Position numbers and translations under genes: made by a program. Under the pieces are notes generated by a model, which had not been told where the DNA came from, searched no databases, and saw only the letters and a program-made list of their open reading frames with translations. From assembly GCF_054482595.1 (NCBI RefSeq), contig NZ_CM137008.1: a stretch of DNA of 64,000 nt; one strand, given 5' to 3'. This document shows, piece by piece, positions 19,255 to 29,498 of the stretch. How positions within the stretch are numbered: position 1 is the stretch's first letter; every line of letters starts with the position of its first letter.

Positions 19255-19788
19255 ATGAACGCAAAAATCAGATACGGCCTGTCGGCTGCCGTTTTGGCAC
19301 TGATTGCCGTCGGTGCGCCCGCGCCTGATATTCTCGACCAGTTTCTGGATGAAAAAGAAGGTAACCACACAACGGCATACCGCGATGGTTCCGGCATCTG
19401 GACCATCTGTCGGGGTGCCACGATGGTGGATGGAAAACCCGTTTTTCCCGGTATGAAACTGTCGAAGGAAAAATGCGACCAGGTCAACGCCATTGAGCGT
19501 GATAAGGCGCTGGCATGGGTGGAGCGCAATATTAAAGTACCACTGACCGAACCACAAAAAGCGGGTATCGCGTCATTTTGTCCCTATAACATTGGCCCCG
19601 GTAAGTGTTTTCCGTCGACGTTTTATAAGCGGCTGAATGCCGGTGATCGTAAGGGCGCATGCGAGGCGATTCGCTGGTGGATAAAAGATGGTGGGCGCGA
19701 TTGCCGCATACGTTCAAATAACTGCTATGGACAGGTTATTCGTCGTGACCAGGAAAGCGCATTAGCCTGTTGGGGGATAGATCAGTGA
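19255..19788 (+). CDS. SAR (signal-anchor-release) endolysin, lysozyme family
   Basis: 177 aa; N-terminal weakly hydrophobic Gly/Ala-rich segment then lysozyme-like domain. Confidence 0.8.
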   Translation: MNAKIRYGLSAAVLALIAVGAPAPDILDQFLDEKEGNHTTAYRDGSGIWTICRGATMVDGKPVFPGMKLSKEKCDQVNAIERDKALAWVERNIKVPLTEPQKAGIASFCPYNIGPGKCFPSTFYKRLNAGDRKGACEAIRWWIKDGGRDCRIRSNNCYGQVIRRDQESALACWGIDQ

Positions 19789-20252
19789 GCAGAGTCGCCG
19801 CGATTATTTATGCTCTGGTTATCTGCATCATCGTCTGCCTGTCGTGGGCGGTCAATCATTACCGTGATAACGCCATCGCCTACAAAGAACAGCGTGATAA
19901 AAAAGTCAGTGAGCTGAAGCTGGCGATCGCCACCATCGCTGACATGCAGCAGCGTCAGCGTGATGTTGCTGCGCTCGATGCAAAGTACTCGAGAGAATTA
20001 GCCAATGCGCAAGCTGAAAATGAAACTCTGCGCGCTGATGTTGCCGCTGGCCGTAAGCGCCTGCGGGTCAATGCCAGTTGCTCCGCAGCCGTGCGTGAAG
20101 CCACCGGACCCACCAGCGTGGATAATGCAACCATCCCCCGACTGGCAGACACCGCTGAACGGGATTATTTCACCCTCAGAGACCGATTGATGACGATGCA
20201 GATGCAACTGGAAGGGGCGCAGGAATATATCCGCACTCAGTGCATTAAGTAG
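19785..20252 (+). CDS. Rz-like inner-membrane spanin
   Basis: GTG start overlapping endolysin stop; N-terminal TM segment then coiled-coil region. Confidence 0.7.
   Translation: MSRVAAIIYALVICIIVCLSWAVNHYRDNAIAYKEQRDKKVSELKLAIATIADMQQRQRDVAALDAKYSRELANAQAENETLRADVAAGRKRLRVNASCSAAVREATGPTSVDNATIPRLADTAERDYFTLRDRLMTMQMQLEGAQEYIRTQCIK
20005..20190 (+). CDS. Rz1-like outer-membrane lipoprotein spanin, embedded in Rz in +1 frame
   Basis: [22 protein letters not shown]... lipobox, proline-rich mature part; lies wholly within Rz. Confidence 0.7.
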   Translation: MRKLKMKLCALMLPLAVSACGSMPVAPQPCVKPPDPPAWIMQPSPDWQTPLNGIISPSETD

Positions 20253-20294
20253 CCTTTTTATCGTGGTAAACATTTCGCAGGGTATGAGGTATTT

Positions 20295-20645
20295 ATGCCA
20301 TCACGAATCCCACGCGCCTGCCGTAAGCGTGGATGTGCAGGTACAACCACAGACAGTTCTGGTTACTGCGATAAACATCGTGGCGAAGGATGGGTACAGC
20401 ATCAACGCGGACTGAGCCGCCACCAGCGTGGCTATGGCTCGAAATGGGATGCCATACGTGCGCGCATACTGAAGCGTGATAATCATCTGTGTCAGAACTG
20501 CCTGCGCAATGGGAGAGCCGTTGAAGCCAGAACTGTGGACCACATCATTCCGAAAGCTCATGGTGGCACGGATGCAGACAGTAACCTGCAGAGTCTGTGC
20601 TGGCCCTGTCATAAAGCAAAAACAGCGCGCGAACGCATCAATTGA
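20295..20645 (+). CDS. HNH endonuclease (packaging-associated)
   Basis: 116 aa with paired Cys motifs and HNH-like H..N..H (DHIIPKAHGGTDADSNLQSLCWPCH); immediately upstream of terminase genes. Confidence 0.75.
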   Translation: MPSRIPRACRKRGCAGTTTDSSGYCDKHRGEGWVQHQRGLSRHQRGYGSKWDAIRARILKRDNHLCQNCLRNGRAVEARTVDHIIPKAHGGTDADSNLQSLCWPCHKAKTARERIN

Positions 20646-20793
20646 TAACAGTTCCCATCTGTAGGGGAGGGGCGGGTCAAATCTCTGCAACCCTGGCTGC
20701 TCAGTACCGCCGCCTGACCCTTCCTCACATCGCCGCAGGTTCGAAAACTTTTTTTTGGAAATGTGAACAAACGATTGATAGGTAAGACCGATT

Positions 20794-21276
20794 ATGTCAG
20801 GACCTCCGAAAACCCCGCCACGCCTGCATTTGATTCGAGGCAACCCCTCAAAGCGCCCCGTTAAAGACCACAAAAAAACCGCTAAAAAGGATGAAAAAGG
20901 TCTTCCTAAAATTCCGCAGCATTTAGGGGCTCAGGGGAAGTACTGGTTCAGGCGAATGGCGGAAGAGCTGAATGCGGAAGGGATCATTTCTCAGCTTGAT
21001 GCGCGTGCGCTCGAGTTGCTGGTGGAAGCCTACACCGAATATCGGCATCACTGCGAAACACTCGATGTTGAGGGGTATACCTACCGCACGGAAACGCAGA
21101 GCGGTGATGTACTGATTAAGGCGCACCCCGCGGCGGCAATGAAAGCGGATGCCTGGAAGCGGATCCGGGCAATGCTTGCAGAGTTTGGTATGTCACCGGC
21201 AAGCCGGGCTAAAGTAAATATCGCCGGACCGGATGATGTTGATCCGCTGGCGGAGCTTTTAAAAGCGAGAGACTGA
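20794..21276 (+). CDS. Terminase small subunit
   Basis: 160-aa ORF directly upstream of and overlapping terminase large subunit. Confidence 0.65.
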   Translation: MSGPPKTPPRLHLIRGNPSKRPVKDHKKTAKKDEKGLPKIPQHLGAQGKYWFRRMAEELNAEGIISQLDARALELLVEAYTEYRHHCETLDVEGYTYRTETQSGDVLIKAHPAAAMKADAWKRIRAMLAEFGMSPASRAKVNIAGPDDVDPLAELLKARD

Positions 21277-23033
21277 TGGCAAAAGTGGCTGACGGGATCC
21301 GCTACGCCGAACGTGTTGTTGCAGGAGAAATTGTTGCTGGCGAATTTGTCCGCCTGGCCTGCCAGCGTTTTCTTGATGATCTGAAGTACGGCGAAGAGCG
21401 GGGGATTTATTTCAGTGAACCCCGTGCGCAGCACATCCTGAATTTCTACAAATTTGTGCCTCATGTAAAAGGGGCGCTGGCAGGCCAGCCCATTGAACTG
21501 ATGGACTGGCATGTATTTATCCTCATTAATATTTTTGGTTTTGTCATTCCGCTGGTGAATGAAGAGACCGGGGAAGTTGTCATGCGCAGCGATGGCAGCG
21601 GACGTCCGGTGATGGTGCGCCGGTTCCGGACGGCGTACAACGAAGTCGCCCGTAAAAACGCAAAATCAACTCTGTCATCGGGTATCGGCCTGTATATGAC
21701 GGGGGCAGATGGTGAAGGCGGTGCTGAGGTGTATTCAGCCGCCACCACGCGTGACCAGGCCAGAATTGTGTTTGAAGACGCCAAAAATATGGTCAGAAAA
21801 GCCCGGTCGACACTCGGGCGGTTGTTTGATTTCAACAAGCTGGCGATTTACCAGGAGCAGAGCGCATCAAAATTTGAACCGCTTTCCTCGGATGCAAACA
21901 ACCTGGATGGTCTGAACATCCACTGCGCCATTATTGATGAGCTGCATGCACATAAAACCCGCGACGTGTGGGACGTTCTGGAAACGGCAACCGGTGCTCG
22001 CCTGCAGTCCCTGTTATTTGGTATCACCACGGCAGGGTTTAACAAGGAAGGGATTTGTTACGAGCAGCGTGATTACGCCATCAAGGTATTGCGTGGCTAT
22101 AACAGCGATGTGGAGGGCGCTGTAAAAGACGACTCCTACTTTGCGATTATTTACACCCTCGATGAGGGAGATGATCCGTTTGATGAAACGGTCTGGCAGA
22201 AAGCGAATCCCGGCCTGGGCATCTGTAAACGCTGGGATGATCTGCGTCGCCTGGCGAAAAAAGCGAAAGAACAGGTCTCTGCGCGGGTGAATTTTTTTAC
22301 CAAACACATGAATGTGTGGGTAACAGCAGAGTCTGCCTGGATGGACATGATTAAGTGGGAGAAGTGCGAATACATTGCCCCACGACATGAGCTGAAAACG
22401 TATCCCATGTGGGTCGGCGTTGACCTTGCTCATAAGATTGATATCTGTGCGGCGGCAAAACTCTGGCGAACGGATAACGGGCATGTTCATGCCGATTTTA
22501 AATTCTGGCTTCCGGAAGGACGGCTGGAACGATGCTCGCGGCAGCAGGCAGAACTTTACCGGAAGTGGGCGGAGATGGATAAGCTGATTCTGACGGATGG
22601 TGATGTTATCGATCATGCTCAGATAAAAAGTGACTTACTGGAATGGATTGGTGGTGAAAACCTCAGGGAACTGGGATTTGACCCGTGGAGCGCGATGCAG
22701 TTCAGCCTGGCACTGGCTGAAGAAGGGATACCGCTGGTGGAGGTTCCGCAGACGGTTCGTAATCTGTCAGAGGCCATGAAGGAAACGGAATCACTGGTCT
22801 ATGCCGGGCGTTTCCATCACAGCAATCATCCGGTCATGAACTGGATGATGTCTAACGTTACGGTAAAACCGGACAAAAACGACAATATCTTCCCGAATAA
22901 ATCCACGCTGGAAGCCAAAATCGACGGCCCTGTTGCGATGTTTACAGCAATGAGCCGGATGCTGGTCAATGGTGGTGAACCGGAGCTGGATCTGTCTGAA
23001 CATCTGGTCAGCGTGGGCATCCGTTCGCTTTAA
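21276..23033 (+). CDS. Terminase large subunit
   Basis: 585 aa; position and size; ATPase then nuclease-like segments. Confidence 0.8.
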   Translation: MAKVADGIRYAERVVAGEIVAGEFVRLACQRFLDDLKYGEERGIYFSEPRAQHILNFYKFVPHVKGALAGQPIELMDWHVFILINIFGFVIPLVNEETGEVVMRSDGSGRPVMVRRFRTAYNEVARKNAKSTLSSGIGLYMTGADGEGGAEVYSAATTRDQARIVFEDAKNMVRKARSTLGRLFDFNKLAIYQEQSASKFEPLSSDANNLDGLNIHCAIIDELHAHKTRDVWDVLETATGARLQSLLFGITTAGFNKEGICYEQRDYAIKVLRGYNSDVEGAVKDDSYFAIIYTLDEGDDPFDETVWQKANPGLGICKRWDDLRRLAKKAKEQVSARVNFFTKHMNVWVTAESAWMDMIKWEKCEYIAPRHELKTYPMWVGVDLAHKIDICAAAKLWRTDNGHVHADFKFWLPEGRLERCSRQQAELYRKWAEMDKLILTDGDVIDHAQIKSDLLEWIGGENLRELGFDPWSAMQFSLALAEEGIPLVEVPQTVRNLSEAMKETESLVYAGRFHHSNHPVMNWMMSNVTVKPDKNDNIFPNKSTLEAKIDGPVAMFTAMSRMLVNGGEPELDLSEHLVSVGIRSL

Positions 23034-23044
23034 CCGAGGTCATT

Positions 23045-23227
23045 ATGTTTCTGATAATTCTCGCGCCACTGGTGGGCGTGCTGGGTGCGCTTTTGCTGGC
23101 GTATGGTGCCTGGCTGATTTATCCCCCGGCGGGTTTTGTTGTTGCCGGGGTGCTGTGCCTGTTCTGGTCGTGGCTGGTGGCGCGATATCTCGACCGAACA
23201 CAGCCGTCTGTCGGCGGAGGTAAATAG
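23045..23227 (+). CDS. Small hydrophobic protein between terminase and portal
   Basis: 60 aa, two predicted TM segments. Confidence 0.4.
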   Translation: MFLIILAPLVGVLGALLLAYGAWLIYPPAGFVVAGVLCLFWSWLVARYLDRTQPSVGGGK

Positions 23228-24468
23228 TGTTCTTTTCGGGATTATTTCAACGAAAAAGTGACGCGCCGGTGACCACGCCAGCAGAGCTGGCGGATGCCAT
23301 CGGGTTGTCTTACGACACCTATACCGGAAAGCAGATCAGCAGTCAGCGGGCCATGCGACTGACGGCGGTTTTTTCCTGCGTCAGAGTGCTGGCAGAGTCG
23401 GTCGGGATGTTGCCCTGCAATCTGTATCACCTGAACGGCAGCCTGAAACAGAGAGCCACCGGCGAACGTCTGCATAAGCTGATCTCCACGCATCCCAATG
23501 GCTATATGACGCCGCAGGAGTTCTGGGAGCTGGTGGTCACCTGTCTGTGCCTGAGGGGAAACTTTTACGCCTACAAAGTGAAAGCATTTGGCGAAGTGGC
23601 TGAACTGCTGCCCGTCGATCCCGGCTGTGTGGTACCGAAGCTTAACAGTCGCTGGGAGCCGGTCTATCAGGTCACATTCCCGGACGGTTCCACGGATGTA
23701 CTGAGCCAGGAGGATATCTGGCATGTGCGCACGCTGACGCTGGACGGTCTGGTGGGACTGAATCCCATCGCCTATGCCCGCGAGGCAATATCGCTGGCAG
23801 CAGCGACCGAAGAGCACGGGGCCAGACTGTTCAGCAATGGTGCGGTGACGTCCGGTGTGTTGCGTACAGAACAGACGCTGTCGGATCAGGCTTATGAGCG
23901 CCTGAAGAAAGATTTTGAGGAGCGTCACACCGGGCTTGGCAATGCTCACCGCCCGATGATCCTTGAGATGGGGCTGGACTGGAAGTCGATGGCGCTGAAC
24001 GCCGAGGACAGCCAGTTCCTGGAAACCCGCAAGTTTCAGCTTGAAGAAATCTGTCGTCTGTTCCGGGTGCCGTTGCACATGGTGCAGAACACCGATCGCG
24101 CCACCTTCAACAATATCGAAGAGCTGGGGCTGGGATTTATCAACTATTCACTGGTGCCGTATCTGACCCGCATCGAACAGCGGATCAACACCGGACTGGT
24201 ACGAAAAAGTAAGCAGGGCGTTTATTACGCCAAATTTAACGCCGGGGCGTTACTGCGCGGGGATATGAAGTCCCGTTTTGAAGCCTACGCCACCGGGATC
24301 AACTGGGGAATTTACTCTCCCAATGACTGCCGCGACCTGGAAGATATGAATCCGCGTCCCGGTGGTGATGTCTATCTCACACCGATGAACATGACCACGA
24401 AACCCTCCGATGGCAGTAAAGCCGGTAAGCAGAAGGATAACGCCAATGCAGACGAAACAACGTCTTGA
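23227..24468 (+). CDS. Portal protein
   Basis: 413 aa following terminase; GTG start. Confidence 0.75.
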   Translation: MFFSGLFQRKSDAPVTTPAELADAIGLSYDTYTGKQISSQRAMRLTAVFSCVRVLAESVGMLPCNLYHLNGSLKQRATGERLHKLISTHPNGYMTPQEFWELVVTCLCLRGNFYAYKVKAFGEVAELLPVDPGCVVPKLNSRWEPVYQVTFPDGSTDVLSQEDIWHVRTLTLDGLVGLNPIAYAREAISLAAATEEHGARLFSNGAVTSGVLRTEQTLSDQAYERLKKDFEERHTGLGNAHRPMILEMGLDWKSMALNAEDSQFLETRKFQLEEICRLFRVPLHMVQNTDRATFNNIEELGLGFINYSLVPYLTRIEQRINTGLVRKSKQGVYYAKFNAGALLRGDMKSRFEAYATGINWGIYSPNDCRDLEDMNPRPGGDVYLTPMNMTTKPSDGSKAGKQKDNANADETTS

Positions 24469-25096
24469 TGTACCGCTGAGTCTGAAATCTGTCAGTGACT
24501 CCGGTGAGTTTGAAGGGTATGGCTCCGTCTTTGGTGTAAAGGACAGCCACGATGATGTGGTGATGTCCGGGGCATTTGCTGCTTCCCTGCGGGCGTGGAG
24601 TGACAGAAAAGCGTTACCTGCGCTGCTCTGGCAGCACCGCATGGATGAACCCATCGGTGTTTACACCGAAATGAAGGAAGACGATGTCGGGCTTTACGTC
24701 AGGGGACGGTTGCTTATTGATGATGATCCCCTCGCAAAACGCGCACATGCACACATGAAGGCCGGTTCGTTAACCGGCCTTTCTATTGGGTACGTCCTGA
24801 AAGACTGGGAATACGACCGGAGCAAAGAAGCCTTTCTGCTGAAAGAAATCGACCTCTGGGAAGTCAGCCTGGTGACGTTCCCGTCTAACGACGAGGCGCG
24901 GATCAGCGACGTCAAGAACGCACTGGCCCGCGGGGAAATCCCCGAACAGAAAAAAATCGAAAGAGTCCTGCGTGATGTCGGACTCTCCCGTACCCAGGCC
25001 AAAGCATTCATGGCCGGGGGCTATGGCGCACTGTCCCTGCGCGACGCTGAGGATGTGGGCTCTGCACTGAATGCACTGAAAAATCTAAACTTCTAA
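24446..25096 (+). CDS. Prohead protease
   Basis: 217 aa from MQTKQRLDVPL; between portal and capsid. Confidence 0.75.
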   Translation: MQTKQRLDVPLSLKSVSDSGEFEGYGSVFGVKDSHDDVVMSGAFAASLRAWSDRKALPALLWQHRMDEPIGVYTEMKEDDVGLYVRGRLLIDDDPLAKRAHAHMKAGSLTGLSIGYVLKDWEYDRSKEAFLLKEIDLWEVSLVTFPSNDEARISDVKNALARGEIPEQKKIERVLRDVGLSRTQAKAFMAGGYGALSLRDAEDVGSALNALKNLNF

Positions 25097-25110
25097 TCAG
25101 GAGAAATACG

Positions 25111-26316
25111 ATGGCGGTTGATATTAAAGATGTCGAACAGGTCGCGCAGGAGCTGCAGCAGAAGTTTGACGACTTCAAAGCAAAGAACGACAAGCGCGTG
25201 GATGCGATTGAGCAGGAAAAAGGCAAACTTGCCGGGCAGGTGGAAACCCTGAACGGGAAACTCAGCGAGCTGGAAAACCTCAAAAGCGATCTTGAAAAAG
25301 AGCTGCTTGAGCTGAAACGTCCGGCAGGTGGTGCGCAAAATAAACTGGCCACCGAGCATAAAGAAGCGTTTGTGGGCTTCCTGCGTAAAGGCCGTGAAGA
25401 TGGTCTGCGCGATCTGGAGCGCAAGGCATTACAGGTGGGCACCGATGAAGACGGCGGCTATGCCGTGCCGGAAGCACTGGATCGCAACATTCTCACCCTG
25501 CTGAAAGATGAAGTGGTGATGCGCCAGGAAGCCACGGTGATCAGCGTTGGTGGTTCCGACTACAAAAAACTGGTGAATCTGGGCGGCACGGCTTCCGGAT
25601 GGGTTGGCGAGACTGACGCGCGCTCCCAGACTGCCACCTCAAAACTGGGCCTGATTGAACCTTTCATGGGGGAAATCTACGGTAACCCGCAGGCCACCCA
25701 GAAAATGCTGGATGATGCCTTTTTCAACGTGGAAGCATGGATCAACAGCGAGCTGGCAACCGAATTTGCCGAACAGGAAGAAATTGCCTTTACCACCGGC
25801 GATGGTACCAAGAAGCCGAAAGGGTTCCTGGCGTATGAGTCCACGGATGAAACAGACAAGGTCCGGGCGTTCGGCAAACTTCAGCATATTGTATCCGGCG
25901 AAGCGACGGCGGTGACCGCAGATGCCATTATCAAACTGATTTACACGCTGCGTAAGGCACACCGCACTGGCGCGAAGTTCATGATGAACAACAACAGTCT
26001 GTTTGCCATCCGTCTGCTGAAAGACAGTGAGGGTAACTATCTGTGGCGTCCGGGGCTGGAGCTGGGGCAGCCGTCCTCTCTGGCGGGTTACGCTATCGCT
26101 GAAAACGAACAGATGCCGGATATTGCCGCTGATGCGAAAGCCATTGCATTTGGTAACTTCAAACGGGGTTACACCATCGTTGACCGTATCGGTACCCGCA
26201 TTCTGCGTGACCCGTACACCAATAAACCGTTTGTCGGTTTTTATACCACCAAGCGCACCGGCGGCATGCTGGTCGATTCGCAGGCCATCAAACTGCTGAA
26301 GATTGCAGCGGCGTAA
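25111..26316 (+). CDS. Major capsid protein
   Basis: 401 aa with N-terminal coiled-coil delta-domain-like region followed by capsid-like body. Confidence 0.8.
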   Translation: MAVDIKDVEQVAQELQQKFDDFKAKNDKRVDAIEQEKGKLAGQVETLNGKLSELENLKSDLEKELLELKRPAGGAQNKLATEHKEAFVGFLRKGREDGLRDLERKALQVGTDEDGGYAVPEALDRNILTLLKDEVVMRQEATVISVGGSDYKKLVNLGGTASGWVGETDARSQTATSKLGLIEPFMGEIYGNPQATQKMLDDAFFNVEAWINSELATEFAEQEEIAFTTGDGTKKPKGFLAYESTDETDKVRAFGKLQHIVSGEATAVTADAIIKLIYTLRKAHRTGAKFMMNNNSLFAIRLLKDSEGNYLWRPGLELGQPSSLAGYAIAENEQMPDIAADAKAIAFGNFKRGYTIVDRIGTRILRDPYTNKPFVGFYTTKRTGGMLVDSQAIKLLKIAAA

Positions 26317-26367
26317 TCATTCAGGGGGCGCAGAAGTGCGCCCCCTGTTCTGACAGGTGAAAGAATC

Positions 26368-26556
26368 ATGATCCTGAAACAAGATCTGAAATGGTCACCG
26401 GACGGTATGCGTGTTGAGATTATTCGGGCCGGTGAGTATGAAGATAAAGAATTACCCGAACGGGTACGCGAAATTGCCACTGCAGCTGGGATTGTCTCTG
26501 ATAAGAGAACACCTGTTGCGCGGGGGGCTGATAAGTCTAAAAAACAGCATTCATAG
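26368..26556 (+). CDS. Hypothetical small protein
   Basis: 62-aa ORF after capsid gene. Confidence 0.35.
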   Translation: MILKQDLKWSPDGMRVEIIRAGEYEDKELPERVREIATAAGIVSDKRTPVARGADKSKKQHS

Positions 26557-26567
26557 AGGTTGCCCAA

Positions 26568-26873
26568 ATGATGCCCACTCTGGAAGAGCTTCGTGTTCAG
26601 TGCCGGATTGATGATGACAATGAACAGGAGAATTCTCTTCTTATGATGTATCTGGCTGCTGCCAGGGAAGAGGCTGAAAAGTTTTTAAACCGGACGCTTT
26701 ACGATGAAACTGTTTCTGAGCAGGATACGACCGGGCTTGTAATAACACCTCTGATAAAACTGCGTCTTATGCAACTGGTTGGCTACTGGTACGAGAACAG
26801 GGAAATGCAGGATGCAGTGCCTGATTTTTTCTATACCGGACTGCGGATGTATCGATTTCATCCCGGAACATAG
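26568..26873 (+). CDS. Head-tail connector protein
   Basis: 101 aa; position in head-completion block. Confidence 0.55.
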   Translation: MMPTLEELRVQCRIDDDNEQENSLLMMYLAAAREEAEKFLNRTLYDETVSEQDTTGLVITPLIKLRLMQLVGYWYENREMQDAVPDFFYTGLRMYRFHPGT

Positions 26874-26881
26874 GAGGATTC

Positions 26882-27220
26882 ATGCAGGCAGGAAGATTAC
26901 GTGATCGTGTGGTTATTCTGAATGCCACCACCGTTCGGTCTCCGTCAGGGCACCCTGTGGAAACAATGACGGAGGGGGCAACCATATGGGCAGAAGTTAA
27001 GGGGATCAGTGGCAGGGAGAGAATATCCGGAGGCGCAGAAACTGCTCAGGCTACAGTGAGGGTCTGGATGAGATTCCGGCGAGATGTAACAGCAACTTCA
27101 TGTCTGAAAGTGCTGACTGGTGCATTCAAAGGCGCGATTCTGAGTATAGACGGTCCGCCGATACCGGATGCTCGTGCCACACGGCTTGAGATACTCTGTT
27201 CTCAGAAGGGGAATGTGTGA
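26882..27220 (+). CDS. Head closure / head-tail adaptor protein
   Basis: 112 aa; position. Confidence 0.55.
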   Translation: MQAGRLRDRVVILNATTVRSPSGHPVETMTEGATIWAEVKGISGRERISGGAETAQATVRVWMRFRRDVTATSCLKVLTGAFKGAILSIDGPPIPDARATRLEILCSQKGNV

Positions 27221-27666
27221 TGGATTTCAGTCTTGATTTTTCAGGTCTGGCGGATATTGCACGGGATCTGGAGACGCTCAGCAGGGCAGAAAACAATAAG
27301 GTACTGCGCGATGCCACCCGTGCCGGTGCTGAAGTTATGCGGGATGCAGTTGTTGAACGTGCGCCGGAGCGAACCGGGAAACTGAAGAAAAATGTGGTTG
27401 TTCTCACTCAGCGTTCAAAGCGTCGGGGGGAAATTATCTCGGGTGTCCACATTCGTGGACGGAACCTGCGAACCGGAAACAGTGATAACAGCATGAAAGC
27501 CAGTGATCCCCGAAATGCGTTTTACTGGCGCTTTGTGGAGCTGGGAACGATAAACATGCCCGCGCATCCGTTCATTCGCCCGGCTTTCGATACGACAGAG
27601 GAACTGGCAGCACAGATTGCCATACAGCGAATGAATCAGGCTATTGATGAGGTCTTAAGTAAATGA
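27217..27666 (+). CDS. Head-tail joining protein
   Basis: 149 aa; overlapping start with upstream gene. Confidence 0.55.
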   Translation: MMDFSLDFSGLADIARDLETLSRAENNKVLRDATRAGAEVMRDAVVERAPERTGKLKKNVVVLTQRSKRRGEIISGVHIRGRNLRTGNSDNSMKASDPRNAFYWRFVELGTINMPAHPFIRPAFDTTEELAAQIAIQRMNQAIDEVLSK

Positions 27667-28007
27667 GAGAGACCACACTGTATTCCCTGCTGTCTCAACT
27701 GGCCGGAGGACAGGTTTATCCTTATGTGGTCCCGCTGACGGAGGGAAAGCCTGCGGTATCTCCGCCATGGCTGGTATTTTCTGTGGTGTCTGACACTGCG
27801 TCTGATGTGCTTGATGGTCAGGCTGAATCCAGAATTACCGTGCAGATCGATGTCTGGGCAACAGTACCTGATGACGCAGATGATATCCGTGAGCAGGCGC
27901 TTGATGCGGTAAGGCAACTTGCACCCTCCGTTATTTCTAAAACTCAGGGTTATGATCCTGATTCCCGTCTGAGCAGAGCCACGCTTGAATTTCAGGTAAT
28001 AGCCTGA
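27663..28007 (+). CDS. Tail completion protein
   Basis: 114 aa; precedes major tail gene. Confidence 0.5.
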   Translation: MRETTLYSLLSQLAGGQVYPYVVPLTEGKPAVSPPWLVFSVVSDTASDVLDGQAESRITVQIDVWATVPDDADDIREQALDAVRQLAPSVISKTQGYDPDSRLSRATLEFQVIA

Positions 28008-28026
28008 GGTCGTTAATGATTTTACC

Positions 28027-28049
28027 CACCCGCCGCTGGCGGGTTTTTT
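28027..28049 (+). terminator. Hairpin + T-run upstream of major tail gene (possible attenuator)
   Basis: cccgccgctggcggg followed by ttttttatttt. Confidence 0.5.
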
Positions 28050-28066
28050 ATTTTCAGGAGACGAGT

Positions 28067-28771
28067 ATGTCCTCTAATTTTGAGCGTTCGCAACTGACGA
28101 AAATTATGATTTCGTCTGCACCGGTAACAGCAGAAACCCTGGATTCTGCCAGCTATCTTGGCCTGAGCTGTACAATCAAAGAGGTGCAGTTTACCGCAGG
28201 ACAAAAGCAGGATATTGATGTCACCACGCTGTGTTCTGTTGAGCAGGAAAATATTAACGGCCTTGGTGCCGCGTCAGAGATTTCCATGTCAGGCAACTTT
28301 TACCTCAATGCTGCCCAGAACGCGTTGCGCAGTGCCTATGACAATGACACCACGTATGGCTTTAAAGTTATTTTTCCGTCAGGCAACGGATTTACCTTTA
28401 TGGCAGAGGTGCGTCAGCATACCTGGTCTGCAGGAACTAATGGTGTTGTGGCTGCAACGTTTTCCCTGCGCCTGAAAGGTAAACCTGTGCTGACGACAGA
28501 GCCGCTGAAAGTGAAGGTCGATTTAAACAGCACGCTGCAGGTTTCTGCCGGAGCGAAACTCGAAATGGTGGTTGAGGCTGCCGGTGGTGTGCCGCCTTAT
28601 TCTTATGTCTGGAAGAAAGGTAGTTCTCCTGTTTCCGGACAGACGGCGGCAACATTCAGTAAGGCATCAGCAGCATCAGGTGATGCCGGTGCGTATACCT
28701 GCGAGATTTCTGATTCAGCAAGCCCTGTTAACAAGGTGACCTCCACTTCCTGCACTGTTACCGTCAGTTAA
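28067..28771 (+). CDS. Major tail protein with C-terminal Ig-like domain
   Basis: ATG 28067 after aggag; C-terminal segment GGVPPYSYVWKKGSSPVSGQTAATF...GAYTCEISDSA. Confidence 0.7.
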   Translation: MSSNFERSQLTKIMISSAPVTAETLDSASYLGLSCTIKEVQFTAGQKQDIDVTTLCSVEQENINGLGAASEISMSGNFYLNAAQNALRSAYDNDTTYGFKVIFPSGNGFTFMAEVRQHTWSAGTNGVVAATFSLRLKGKPVLTTEPLKVKVDLNSTLQVSAGAKLEMVVEAAGGVPPYSYVWKKGSSPVSGQTAATFSKASAASGDAGAYTCEISDSASPVNKVTSTSCTVTVS

Positions 28772-29157
28772 TGAGGATAGATGTGATGACTAAAAATATC
28801 CGCAATCTGGCACTGGCAACGATGTCGGGGTTTCGCCATAAAACTGTTGATGTGCCTGAATGGGAAGGGGCAACGGTTGTATTACGGGAACCTTCTGCAG
28901 AAGCCTGGTTGCGCTGGCAGGAGATCGTTAAAGCAAAAGATGATGAGACACCGTTATCCGTTGCGGAGCGCGCCCGCCGAAATCTGGAGGCAGATGTTGA
29001 ACTGTTCATTGATGTTCTGTGTGATACCGGACTGCAACCTGTATTTTCAGAGGATGATCGTGAACAGGTGATTGCCGTGTATGGCCCGGTGCATGCGCGG
29101 CTTCTTCGGCAGTCTCTGGAACTGATCAGTGATGCCGGCGAGGTTAAAAAAAAGTAG
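28771..29157 (+). CDS. Tail assembly chaperone (lambda G-like); 3' end has slippery site
   Basis: ORF ends ...GEVKKK* on A-AAA-AAG at 29148-29154; alternative start ATG 28786. Confidence 0.65.
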   Translation: MRIDVMTKNIRNLALATMSGFRHKTVDVPEWEGATVVLREPSAEAWLRWQEIVKAKDDETPLSVAERARRNLEADVELFIDVLCDTGLQPVFSEDDREQVIAVYGPVHARLLRQSLELISDAGEVKKK

Positions 29158-29459
29158 CGCTTCCGGGGATGCGTTTTCTGATGATGCTGGCGCTCAGGAT
29201 GGGGCGCACATTGTCAGAGTTACGCCGGGAAATGTCCGCATCAGAAATCATGATGTGGGCAGAATTTGACAGGTTCAGCCCGCTGGGTGACGAGCGGGCT
29301 GATATCCGGGCTGCCCAGATAGTTTCTGCGGTTTACGGTGCGCAGGGTGTCAAAGTCCCACTGAATGATGCGCTTCTTCAGTGGGAACAAGAGCAGACAG
29401 AAGGCGTCTCAGATCCATTTGCCGGACTGGAAAACGCGCTTTTAATAGTGTCTCAGTGA
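28771..29459 (+). CDS. Tail assembly chaperone GT-like fusion made by -1 programmed frameshift
   Basis: Downstream ORF 29169..29459 is in the -1 frame relative to G and lacks its own SD. Confidence 0.55.
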
Positions 29460-29469
29460 GTCAACATAA

Positions 29470-29488
29470 CCGCTTCGGCGGTTTTTTT
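29470..29488 (+). terminator. CCGCTTCGGCGG hairpin + U-run between chaperone and tape measure genes
   Basis: ccgcttcggcgg followed by ttttttt. Confidence 0.45.
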
Positions 29489-29498
29489 CGTCCGGAGA

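Noticed and set aside
22014-24078. Minus-strand ORFs of 200 and 278 aa
   Set aside because: Antisense within the terminase large subunit and portal genes; no RBS and composition inconsistent with real proteins.
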